A DNA stretch of 63,886 nt, counting the filler, from Aduncisulcus paluster (taxonomy: Eukaryota): the NCBI GenBank assembly GCA_024181965.1. It is 6 parts of 6 records of this genome, joined end to end, with 100 filler letters (N's around TTAATTAATTAA, not from the genome) between each part and the next. Parts side by side here need not be neighbours in the genome. Positions count along the whole stretch, not along the records: positions 43,861 to 55,156 come from BQXS01009983.1; positions 55,257 to 62,008 come from BQXS01009985.1; 4 more parts are not named here. One strand, given 5' to 3'. Positions 50,201-60,521 of the stretch are shown one piece after another. How positions within the stretch are numbered: position 1 is the first letter of the stretch; every line of letters starts with the position of its first letter. Position numbers and translations under genes: made by a program. The notes below the pieces were generated by a model. That model ran no database searches and was not told where the DNA came from. It saw only the letters and a program-made list of their open reading frames with translations.

Positions 50201-52890
50201 AGAAACAAAATAGCATTGAAATATATAAATATAAATATCCCACACATTCTGATTTGATCGAGTCATTTACAAAACATGTTACTAAATTTGAACGTGCTAT
50301 TTTGGCTTGCATATGGCAAAAAACAATATACCAACTTGAAAAGGAAAAAACAGAAAAAATGATTGTGGAACGATGTATTGAAAATTGCAACAAATATTGT
50401 GAGTGGATTTCACACAATTCAATATTGAGTACAATTATCCACGTTCATACTTTCAATTCTTTTCATATTCGAGAATTCAATATAATTGGTACAAAACCAG
50501 GGTTGTGTATTCACAGGTGGAGATTGCAGAAATATGAAGATTTATCCGGCAAAAAACATATTATTGGTATGAATAGACATGATTTTCTTATAAAATATGA
50601 AAAAGATTTGCGTGAAGGAACTATTTCAGAAGATTCATCTGTTATCGTTCCGTCATCTCCTATTTCTTCACCTAAAATGTTCGATTCTGGTCACATAGTA
50701 GAAATCAAAAAATCAAAAGGTAAAATTGAAAAATTGGCGATTGTTAAACCTATTAGGTCTAAAAAACTTTCAGTTCGATGTTCATCTATTTCTCTGAGAC
50801 CTTTGCCAAGGAATGAACTGATTGAATTAAAATGTCCCGACAAGAATCCATCCAAATATGGGGATAAAATGTTCCTTTTTATGTTACCAAGATTAAAGTT
50901 GACATTTTCCATTATTGAGTGTGAATTTTCGTCGAATACCCAATGTGTCAAAGATTTATTTCCAAATTTATCCTTTGTTTCATATCAAAAATCGCCAAGA
51001 CCCATCAAAATAGTAATTCTTTCCCATCAAGATCTCTCTAATATTTACAAGAAATCAAAAGATGCTTTGAGAGATGAATCTCAAAGAGATAAAACTGAAG
51101 ATTTTGAAATTATCCTCAATGAATCTTCCATTTCATACGTAGACTCTTTATTTGAAGGGGAAAAGGGAAAAGAAGATGAAGAAGCGGGAAAAGAAAAAGA
51201 ATCATGTGAAAAATCAATCTTAAAAGTGATAACCTCTGATTTATTCCAGAGTCTTGAACAGTCTTTCGTTGAAGATATTCTTGTAACTTGCAACAATATT
51301 GCATTGACTCAAGATAATTTCACTAAAGACTCCCTTTTATCCATTCTTCTACCTCATATCTTACCTTGGATGATGAAGTATCCTAACAACAAGTTCTTTT
51401 TGTTATGGATAAATATTTTGAAGAATATCACTCTTTATGAAGATTATGTTCCTCATATAGATCGTTCCTCTCAAGTTTTTTCTGCTCTTCGAAAAAACAA
51501 ATCCACATTCTTCCTTCATGTCTTGAGCGTGCTTAAGAATCCAACTGATTCTACGACTGGTAAAGCTCTCATTTCATGTCTTTGTTTCTTTGCTAACTTG
51601 AGTAGTATTCCTTCCCAAGCCAAAAAAGTTCGAAAGAACATTAAAGATGATCTTCTTGGAAGTTGGTTTGAGATGGTAAAGCAGAAGAGTAAGGAGGATA
51701 TATCGGGTGTTAGACACTGGTGTAGATTAGTTTCTATGCTGTATCCAGGATGTTCGTCACATAACTTTGATGAGCAAATGGAGTGGTGTAAAGCAAATGG
51801 ATGTCAGCCTGAAGATTATTCGAAATATTTTATGTGGTCAAAAGAAAAGATTAAAGAGTTTTCCAAAGAGATAAAAAAATGTGCTAATCCAGAAACAACT
51901 TCTGACCTCTACAAACAACATCGAGAAGATATCCTCTTCACTTTCAATTCTTTTAAATTAAAGAGTGAGATTAAGGAACAAAAGGAAAGACTAAAGATTT
52001 GTGTTCAGTGTTTAAGATGGTTTATTAGACATTTTTTCTCTCAAGAGAAGATCTTTCTCCCTATTCCTGATTTGAATGATCTCATTGACACTTTCATTGA
52101 TCATTTATCAAGGGTTGAGAAGGTTTTGGAAGGAGATGTTGATGAAGAGTATTGTACGATTTGTATGTGTTATACTTTCAAAGTTAAAGATAAACGGGAT
52201 TCCTTCTTACCCAAAATATCTCCCTCTTTCCATCGCATTCTTGAGAGAGGAAGTAAGAAAAAGTTTGGAGGAGATGTTACTCAACATTTATTGATAACTC
52301 TCAGAAATATCTCTAATTCTCCCTCTTCTTCCACTCGATCTTCTATTCTCACCCTAATCAAACCATATATCAAAGATTGGCTAAGGATATACAATAGTAG
52401 TAAGTGTTATGGACATTGGATGTATATTCTATCAAAAATTACCCTCTCAAACGATGAAACACCCAACAAATCCTTATGTTCTGAAGCTTGGCCTCTTTTC
52501 CACCCTGTTCTTGATGTTGTTAAGATAAAGTTTGTTGGGGATAAGATTGTTGAGGATGATCATGAATATGTTTTAAAATTCTTCTCCAACTTATGTTGTC
52601 ATCCATTACTTGCTGTTGAAATCTCTTGTTATCCATCGGCTGCTCAGGAAATCTATGATAAGGTTAAAGATCTTCTTGATAAATGGTTTACAGTTTTTAA
52701 GAAGAAAAAACACAAATGGGGAATCAAATACTGGACCAAACTTATTTCCATGTTTTCTACAGTTCCGTCTCTGGTTCCTCTAATATCTCCAAAGTTTGAT
52801 GAGGACATGCAGTGGTGTAAGGAAAATGGATGTTGGGATGAAGTTTATTCAAAATATATTGAAAATTGTAACACTGAACTCAGTGAATGA
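47297..52890 (+). CDS. Multidomain protein: OTU-like N-terminus, ComEC/Rec2-type metallo-beta-lactamase domain, C-terminal ARM/HEAT-like repeats (~1740 aa after collapsing the gap duplication)
   Basis: MBL motifs IIDSG, THDHFDH (48560-48580), NENSI, FTGD and PHHGS; OTU-like EEIWACSMLLKTPIVVF...LYLEGNHF. The two ORFs overlap through a duplication at 49421 and 49780. Confidence 0.8.
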
Positions 52891-52942
52891 TTCACTTCTC
52901 CCAATTAATTAAATTGAATTAATAATTGACATTTCACTTGTT

Positions 52943-54937
52943 TCACAGCCTTTCCAAGATCTTTAACAGCCCCTCTGAAGGAGTTCTGGTCCTCTTCCTT
53001 AAAATATCCACAATGCATGAATTAATATTCTCCTTCAAGGAAATATGAGATGGAATTGCCATTATAAACTTTGTGATATTACAATCATAAAACAAACAAC
53101 ATAAAATGAAATCAAATAAATGATTGCCAAGGAAATTGAAAACAAAATCAATATTTGGAAGAAACATATCAAATATTTTTGTCACCATCTCCTTTTGTTT
53201 CCTCAAAAATGAACAGATATCTTGAGAAATATTACTTTTTTCATTCTTTTGAGCAGATTTGAATTTCTCCAATGTTGTGAAATTAACATTAATCACCCAT
53301 TTTAGTAATAAAAACCGCGATAATGTTATATTCATTGTTCTAAAAAGCATTTCACTTGAGGAAAGATCAAATAAAAGCTCTGAAGAACGATTCAAGGATA
53401 ATAATGGACATTTCTTCACCATATCTTCTTTTTCTTTTTCTATTGAATGTTTTGACCCATCTTTTATATCTTCTTCCTCTTCTTCTTTTTCTCTCTCTTC
53501 TTTTTCTTTCTCCTCCTCTTCTTCTTCTTTTGCTTTAGCTTTTGATTTTTCTTGATCAATTAATTTGGTAACCTCACCTTCTCTTCTTTCTCTCTCTTCT
53601 TTCTCTTTCTCTTTCTTTTTGTGTGAATCTTGAGATGGGAATAAATGATTTAAAATGAAAGAAATCTCTCCATTTTTAGAAATATATGACTTAATTTTCA
53701 TCAATTCTGCTTTCCAACGAGTATTTTGATTTGTTATAACTAATTCTTGGCCACAAACGCATATTCTCAGACACAAATCTTCAATAATATATTCTTGAGA
53801 TTCAAAATATTGCTCAAATGTTGCTAAAATATCAGTGGGCGGAGGGGAAATTTGAGGCAAAATAAGATGAGAAGAAGAGGAAGAAGAAGAGGAATGGAGT
53901 ACAATTCTGGATGAAGTTTTTGAATGGTTGTCATTGAACGTTTTCAGCCAAGTATTCAGTTTTGACACAATTGGAGATTCGAGTAAAACATGAGGTGAAA
54001 AACAATACTGTTGTTTCTTAAAAGAAATTATTCCTGTCTTTTTATCTCCTTTCTTCTCACTATCTCCAAAAATAAAACATAAACACAGATACGGGATCGA
54101 TCTTACATTTATAAATACCGGAGATAATTTTTTAAGCTGATAGAAAGAAAGTTTATCTTCAATCTCTTTACAAAGCAAAGAAGAAGAAGAGGAAGAAAGA
54201 TACTTATCTTCTTCCTCCTTTTCTCTCTCTCTTTCTCTTTCTCTCTCTCTTCCTCTTTCTTTTTCTGTTGAGTTCCAATCAGCAATGTTTCCAAATATTT
54301 CTTTTTCTATTAACTTTGATCGATATTTTTCAACCAAAGTTTGGGCAGAATCAATTTCTATAAGATTTGTTTGCAAACAGTCAATATCACTAAAAATATC
54401 TAAATAAGAAATACAATTAACATTATTATTATTGTTATTGTCAATCAGTGTTGAAACCAACGAAACTGATGATGATGTGCTAATTTTAGAAGATTTTGAG
54501 GTTGAGTGACTAAAAATAGAACCATATGAGGCAACTCCTGATGTCAGTGGAGTCTGAAGATTTTTTGTTGACAATGAGAGTGCTATTTTTGGATTGTGAG
54601 AAGAAGAAGAAGATGCTGATGCAGAAGAAGCTTGAATAAATCTTGATAAAGTCAGGTTTTTTGAAGATGAGGACTCTTCGATCACATCAATTCTCTTCAA
54701 TTTTATGACATTTTCTTCATGCTGAAACCTCAGAGAATTGATGAAAGCGCTGCACAAGTGAAGGAATAAAACACTAGAACTCACTCCTTGTGGATACAAT
54801 CGTTTATCGTGAGCCACAAGAAAATTGAATAAATTATTCGAAAATTGGAAAGATAATGAAATAATTTTTAAAACAAAAAATCCAAATTGTTTCGAAGAGA
54901 ATGTATAATATTTATATTTTGAATCCTTTGACTTCAA
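52943..54937 (-). CDS. Low-complexity (Ser, E/K-rich) hypothetical protein, probably 5'-partial
   Basis: 664-codon ORF without an ATG at its start; the 5' region is disturbed by a ~140-bp duplication (54620-54759 vs 54999-55138) near the contig end. Confidence 0.6.
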   Translation of the reverse strand: MKSKDSKYKYYTFSSKQFGFFVLKIISLSFQFSNNLFNFLVAHDKRLYPQGVSSSVLFLHLCSAFINSLRFQHEENVIKLKRIDVIEESSSSKNLTLSRFIQASSASASSSSSHNPKIALSLSTKNLQTPLTSGVASYGSIFSHSTSKSSKISTSSSVSLVSTLIDNNNNNNVNCISYLDIFSDIDCLQTNLIEIDSAQTLVEKYRSKLIEKEIFGNIADWNSTEKERGREREREREREKEEEDKYLSSSSSSLLCKEIEDKLSFYQLKKLSPVFINVRSIPYLCLCFIFGDSEKKGDKKTGIISFKKQQYCFSPHVLLESPIVSKLNTWLKTFNDNHSKTSSRIVLHSSSSSSSSHLILPQISPPPTDILATFEQYFESQEYIIEDLCLRICVCGQELVITNQNTRWKAELMKIKSYISKNGEISFILNHLFPSQDSHKKKEKEKEERERREGEVTKLIDQEKSKAKAKEEEEEEKEKEEREKEEEEEDIKDGSKHSIEKEKEDMVKKCPLLSLNRSSELLFDLSSSEMLFRTMNITLSRFLLLKWVINVNFTTLEKFKSAQKNEKSNISQDICSFLRKQKEMVTKIFDMFLPNIDFVFNFLGNHLFDFILCCLFYDCNITKFIMAIPSHISLKENINSCIVDILRKRTRTPSEGLLKILERL

Positions 54938-54960
54938 AGATTCCTTACTTTTCTCTTTTC

Positions 54961-54992
<32 letters not shown>

Positions 54993-55156
54993 GATCTTTG
55001 CAGAAGAAGCTTGAATAAATCTTGATAAAGTCAGGTTTTTTGAAGATGAGGACTCTTCGATCACATCAATTCTCTTCAATTTTATGACATTTTCTTCATG
55101 CTGAAACCTCAGAGAATTGATGAAAGCGCTGCACAAGTATGATAAATTCTTTTCCA

Positions 55157-55256
55157 NNNNNNNNNNNNNNNNNNNNNNNNNNNNNNNNNNNNNNNNNNNN
55201 TTAATTAATTAANNNNNNNNNNNNNNNNNNNNNNNNNNNNNNNNNNNNNNNNNNNN
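55157..55256. other. Artificial contig linker
   Basis: N44-TTAATTAATTAA-N44. Confidence 0.98.
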
Positions 55257-55258
55257 CG

Positions 55259-58200
55259 ATCAGATATGCCCTTCCAAAGTGTCCAATTCCCCCAACCCCC
55301 CCCAGTTCTGTCGATATTCTCCAGCATTTTGAAATACTCAGATCTTCTTCTTTGTCCTTCGTTATATGTGAATTGGTCTGTACTCGGACTCTTAATGGTA
55401 AATGCACCGCAGATTCCATTGATTTAATCGGATTAGATAAGATAGCCGACGTTATCATTAAGAATATGAAAAAGCATCTCTCGAACGGTGATCCTTGTAA
55501 CGTAATCCTAAATTGGCTCAAAAACCAACGTTGGGCCCTTCCAGATGAAGAAGAAGAGACCCCCTCTTCCAAGAGTAGTTTTGATATCCTCTCCTCCTCT
55601 TCCTCTCTTCCTTCTCTTCCCACCACCTCTTGTAGGTTGACATTCACCCCGACTGTCGTCCAAAACATCGAATCTCTACTTTCTCACCTTATTTCCTTGC
55701 CCTCTGGCTGTCTGGACACCCCCACTATGCTCCATCACATTGGTATCATACTCTCCTTCATGATCTCGTGTTCCACTGTTGGCGCAAAGAATAATAAGTT
55801 TGATGCAGATGTGTTGAACTCCACCTTCTCTTGGTTGACTAAATTAACCTCACAACCCTTTAATATATCCCTGCAAAGGCTTCGGAAAGAGATGATCCTC
55901 CACGACACGACAATATCCATCCATTCCTCCTCTTCCTCGATCCAATGCACAATAGCAAAGGCTGCCTTCCTTCAAATTATTAATAATCCCAAGTTTCTCG
56001 TCTCTTCCCAACTGCCTTTCACCCTTTCAAAAGAGGATTTTGATTTTGTCTTTCATGTGGTTTCCAAGGAAGTTTCTGCGAGAGCTATTAACGGAATTCT
56101 TGAAAACATCCTTCCAATTATTTCAAAACCATTCGCTCTTGCTACCGAATCGGTTGGAAATGTCCCCATGTTCAGAAACACTCATTTGAAGGAATCTGTT
56201 GCTTCTTTCCTCAATGGTGCTACAGCCTGGGTTGGATCTCAGCTTAAGAAGGACCACGAAGCAACATCTAATTCCACCATTCTTTCTATTTTGGGATTAC
56301 TTGAGAAAGTCTTTGGATTCACCCATTCTCGTTCTCACAAGATGTATGAATTATGTGGTCACTCTCGAGGGCCTCTTCTCGATTTGGTATCTACCCTTTT
56401 GCTCTCTCCGGCTCTCTCTGCCGAGTTGATTCATCTCCTTGTATCCCTGTCTTGTAGCCTTTCCCATTATTCTTCCTCTTCTTCCTCTCCTCTCGACATT
56501 TTCCTTCTTTCTCCTCATTCCTTCTCCCCCACAGGCGGAGATATCATCAAGATGCTGAACCATATGATAGAAATTTACGAAATCGTAAAAGAGGAGAAAG
56601 AAGGGGAAGAGAAGGGAAAAGGATCGAAGAAGAATGCCCCAAAACTTTCCGAAGAAGATACTCTCCATAAGGACATTACATTCCATATAGTTAACACATC
56701 ATTATACGCTGGGCTCCCTTCGTGTGCCATAAGAAGCCTTGTTAACCTAAGCTCAAGGCCAATCGATAGTCCCGCAATTAATTTAATGGATTCTATTTTT
56801 AGAAATGAGAAGAATCCTTATTCCACCATTATTGCCAATTCCTGGTTGCTCTATGACTCCATTTCCTCTCTTTTGACAGCTCTCGAGCTCGATGTGAGTG
56901 ATCTTCACGTATCTTCCCTGAAATCGATGTGCTCTTTCATTAACAACACAAAAATATACTCTATCTTTGCGCTCCATGATGTTTTAAACATATTAAACAA
57001 ATGGAATGCAAAGGAAGAGTCCACGTCTTCCTCCTCTTCTTCCCACTTTGTGATAACACGTATTTATGAGCTTCTTTTGACGAATCCTCAGTGTAAAAGT
57101 GATTCTTTATCAGAATTTATCTGTGGAGTTGTGAAATCTGCACCCACCTATGTTGATTGTACACTTGATTGGATTGATAATCGTGGTTCAATATCAACCC
57201 TTATTGATGGCTCAGATCTTGTTCTTCTTAGTGATATATTGGACAAGGAGAGAAGTGAAAGAGAAGCCAGGAAGAGAAGACAGGAAGAGAACGATAAAGA
57301 AGAAGAGAAAGAAGAAGAGAAAGAAGAAGAGAAAGAAGTGAAGAAACCTTTAGATTTGCTTGAGAATAGAAAACTAATTGAGAGGGCTTCTATCGAAGAG
57401 ATGACATCCATAATGACCGACAAAGATATTAATAACATTGGGAAACGTCTAGGAGTCCTATTTAGAGAGAATTCATGGAGTGTAAGAATAATGAATATCG
57501 CAATAGAGACTCTTGCACCTTATATACCTCGCCTAACGACAGAATTCTGGTCCAGATTTCTACGAGAAGGAATAGTCGATGGTCTGGTCTGGTGTTGTAT
57601 CCTTCATTTTCCTTCTTCCAAGGAGTTCTTCCCCCCCGAACTAAAAGATATGAGACCTTTCTGTTTGTTGTCCCCATCTGTGTCTCTCCCCCTCTCTGTG
57701 CCTCGTTTGTGGAGCCGATCATTGCTTTCCATTCAAATCATGGGAACTACCTTTTCTTCTCTCTCTCCCGCATCTTCTTCTTCCTCTTTCTCCCCCGCAC
57801 TATTCCAATTCCTTGTATCATCGATGCTTTCTGAAAATCTGAGACATCTCCAATCTTCTTCCTCTTCGGTCGTGCATATGCTTAGGGCTTTATCGATGTG
57901 CTGTTTGCGTGAAGACGAGAAGAAGCGATTCGCTCCTTTGCTTGCCAATTTGTGCTATGGAATCCATTCAAAATGGAGTGTTCAGAAAATCACAGATGTT
58001 TCATCTCCAATCTCATCAGACAAACAAACTTCCGAGCTTTCTCAGCTTGAAGAAAGAGAAAAGACTCTGATGAGCGGTATTCAAAGGACGGAAGACGAAG
58101 AAGAAGTTGCAAAGATGCAGGTTGAACTTCTTGGGGTTAGGAAACAACTGAAGCGCGAAAGACAGACCTTGGAGAATACTAAGAAGAAGAAAGCCGAGGA

Positions 58201-59854
58201 AATGGAAAGAATATCGGAAATATCTGAATTTGTTCTATCTTTATGTTCTAAATTTGGATCAACTCAAACCGATTCTGATTCTTCTCTTTATGTTCCTCTT
58301 CTGCATCCTATTCCTGGCCACCCTAATCTGCTTGATTACGTTGTCTCCTCCTCTTCCCCAACTCTCTTCTCAAATCCATCATCTATCTCAACTTTATCTC
58401 TATTGTTCCTCAGAAGTTTTGCAATTTGTCCATCTATTATCCGTCCTTTCGCTTCTTTCTTTGTGCTGGCGATCGCTCCACTGGCTTACGACATTTGTGA
58501 AAATATTGATGCGATTGAGTGTGTTTGCAAATTTTCTAGGATTGCTCTTGAAGATGGTGCCGATGAAAGTATGACGAAACAGCTTGTCTCTTGTTGTTTA
58601 AAAGCAGTTTCTTCTTACCTATTAGTCGGTTTCCACAACGATGCCTTGATGTGTCTTTGTGTTGAGACAATCTGGTGGTTGACTGAGAATGGTCATTGTC
58701 AGAATATAGAATCTGACCTTGTTGATGAAATGTCCACATCTCTGTTCACCTTCTTGACCTCTCCAATTGTCCCAGATAGTGGAATTGAGCCTGCAATCCG
58801 GAGTATTCCAATGCTCCTCCAGGGGATTGACAAAGAAGAGTATCTTGCAGAAAATATTATTATTGTTATAACAAAACACTTAAATAAGTTGGTTTTATTG
58901 CATTCTACAAAGTTTCCCACTTTTGATATGTGTTATGAATTACTTAAATTAGTGTTCTCCGAGTTCCCTTCTTTTGTTATTTATGACTTTGATGAAGAAG
59001 AAATATTTGAGTTTATTGCTAATTCAACCATTCCTCTTGTTGACATTTCCCTTTTATTGTCGCAAGAAAAGAACTCATTTGGCATTATTCCACGCCTTAT
59101 CCCTCTCACAAAACATATGATTAAATCCATTCAACTTTCGTCTGAAGATCAACTTGAGGAGATCTCTCGGATGATTAAAATCATTGCTCCACTCGTTGCA
59201 TGTCCATCCGACTCGATTGAATGGATTTCTCTTTGCTCTCTTATTTCATCCATCATATCTGATGTTATAACCAATGTAGTGAAATCCGAGGGAGATGAAT
59301 TAAAGATCTCAACCTTGCTTGGTGATTGGATTGTTCTAAGCACGTCCTTCATTCAGAAGTGTCCTTCTAGGAATCTTGAAGATGTACTGAGACTTTCGTG
59401 TAAAGTCTTCGCCCTTTTGCCAACGATTGTAAAATCTTCTGAAGATTTGATGAGAGAATTGTTTGTTGCTTATAATGAGCGTTGTGAAGACGATGTTAGT
59501 GATGCGTTTTTCGCTTCTCAACTCATGATTCTTGCCCATTCCCATTTAGAAACCAGATCTTCAAAAATCCATTCTATTAATACTTTGAGAAACTGTGTTT
59601 TATCTCAAGAATCTCCATCCGAACCGTTGTCACACATTGCTAGTTTTTCCCATGAACTTGAGCAATTTGATGACGTTGAAGATATTTGTTCCACTGCAAT
59701 TCGTGAAGTTTCAGAATCTGAGAGTTTTCAATATATGATTAAGATCGTTGAACAAGATGATACTGAAGAGATGGAAGAGGAGGCTGAGAAAATTGTGGGT
59801 GGAAGACCTCCAGAAGACATTTCTCATGAACATTCTGGTTGTTATTGTTGTTAG
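55259..59854 (+). CDS. Large helical (HEAT/ARM-like) hypothetical protein, 5'-partial, ending GCYCC
   Basis: Frame is open from the contig start; Leu/Ile/Ser-rich amphipathic helices and two coiled-coil inserts. Confidence 0.75.
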   Translation: MRYALPKCPIPPTPPSSVDILQHFEILRSSSLSFVICELVCTRTLNGKCTADSIDLIGLDKIADVIIKNMKKHLSNGDPCNVILNWLKNQRWALPDEEEETPSSKSSFDILSSSSSLPSLPTTSCRLTFTPTVVQNIESLLSHLISLPSGCLDTPTMLHHIGIILSFMISCSTVGAKNNKFDADVLNSTFSWLTKLTSQPFNISLQRLRKEMILHDTTISIHSSSSSIQCTIAKAAFLQIINNPKFLVSSQLPFTLSKEDFDFVFHVVSKEVSARAINGILENILPIISKPFALATESVGNVPMFRNTHLKESVASFLNGATAWVGSQLKKDHEATSNSTILSILGLLEKVFGFTHSRSHKMYELCGHSRGPLLDLVSTLLLSPALSAELIHLLVSLSCSLSHYSSSSSSPLDIFLLSPHSFSPTGGDIIKMLNHMIEIYEIVKEEKEGEEKGKGSKKNAPKLSEEDTLHKDITFHIVNTSLYAGLPSCAIRSLVNLSSRPIDSPAINLMDSIFRNEKNPYSTIIANSWLLYDSISSLLTALELDVSDLHVSSLKSMCSFINNTKIYSIFALHDVLNILNKWNAKEESTSSSSSSHFVITRIYELLLTNPQCKSDSLSEFICGVVKSAPTYVDCTLDWIDNRGSISTLIDGSDLVLLSDILDKERSEREARKRRQEENDKEEEKEEEKEEEKEVKKPLDLLENRKLIERASIEEMTSIMTDKDINNIGKRLGVLFRENSWSVRIMNIAIETLAPYIPRLTTEFWSRFLREGIVDGLVWCCILHFPSSKEFFPPELKDMRPFCLLSPSVSLPLSVPRLWSRSLLSIQIMGTTFSSLSPASSSSSFSPALFQFLVSSMLSENLRHLQSSSSSVVHMLRALSMCCLREDEKKRFAPLLANLCYGIHSKWSVQKITDVSSPISSDKQTSELSQLEEREKTLMSGIQRTEDEEEVAKMQVELLGVRKQLKRERQTLENTKKKKAEEMERISEISEFVLSLCSKFGSTQTDSDSSLYVPLLHPIPGHPNLLDYVVSSSSPTLFSNPSSISTLSLLFLRSFAICPSIIRPFASFFVLAIAPLAYDICENIDAIECVCKFSRIALEDGADESMTKQLVSCCLKAVSSYLLVGFHNDALMCLCVETIWWLTENGHCQNIESDLVDEMSTSLFTFLTSPIVPDSGIEPAIRSIPMLLQGIDKEEYLAENIIIVITKHLNKLVLLHSTKFPTFDMCYELLKLVFSEFPSFVIYDFDEEEIFEFIANSTIPLVDISLLLSQEKNSFGIIPRLIPLTKHMIKSIQLSSEDQLEEISRMIKIIAPLVACPSDSIEWISLCSLISSIISDVITNVVKSEGDELKISTLLGDWIVLSTSFIQKCPSRNLEDVLRLSCKVFALLPTIVKSSEDLMRELFVAYNERCEDDVSDAFFASQLMILAHSHLETRSSKIHSINTLRNCVLSQESPSEPLSHIASFSHELEQFDDVEDICSTAIREVSESESFQYMIKIVEQDDTEEMEEEAEKIVGGRPPEDISHEHSGCYCC

Positions 59855-60185
59855 AAGATCTGGCTGATCGAAGTTTGTTATTTTTATCCGTTATTATTTT
59901 TTATTTTTAGTTCATTGTTATTGTTTTACATGATTTCTATCTTTTTTTACACCAATTCTTATCATCATTTTTCATATGAAACTAACATAACCATCATTTT
60001 TCTGCGTTGAGGATATCATTTTTGGTCATGCCATTTTCATATGTTTTTAGCTAATATATTATAATAAAACGTTAGAATATTTAATTCAAGAGCTCAATAT
60101 TGAATAAATGTTTTACTCCACTCCATATTATTCGTAAATTGTTAAATCAATATCTTTTTAAAAGATATAAATGCATAATTAATAT

Positions 60186-60258
60186 GCCTACCTAGCTCAG
60201 TCGGTAGAGCGTTCGGCTCTTAACCGAACGGTCGTGGGTTCGAGCCCCACGGTGGGCG
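60186..60258 (+). tRNA. tRNA-Lys(CTT)
   Basis: Acceptor GCCTACC/GGTGGGC, D arm GCTC/GAGC, anticodon arm TTCGG-CTCTTAA-CCGAA, T arm GTGGG-TTCGAGC-CCCAC. Confidence 0.97.
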
Positions 60259-60271
60259 ATTTATATTATTA

Positions 60272-60418
60272 GTCTCAGGATACCTGGCTTCTGGCAACTA
60301 CAGCTGTAGTGGTGTAAGGGTCACCATATCTGGAGTAGGCCTTTTATGGTATAGAGGTCAAACCACAACAGCCTTAATCCCTGCTGTTGTACAGTATAGT
60401 TGTATGTAGGTGAGAGCA
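60272..60418 (+). ncRNA. Candidate structured ncRNA (contains the U5 snRNA loop-1 motif GCCUUUUAY)
   Basis: GC-elevated island in an AT-rich spacer with several complementary segments; GCCTTTTAT at 60339-60347. Confidence 0.45.
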
Positions 60419-60521
60419 TTAAAAAATGATTTTATTAATTTCCAATTCTGTCAAAAGACATTAAAAAAGATGAAAAAAAACGACATGTATTAAAAAGCTG
60501 ATAGTTTAAACAAAATAATAT

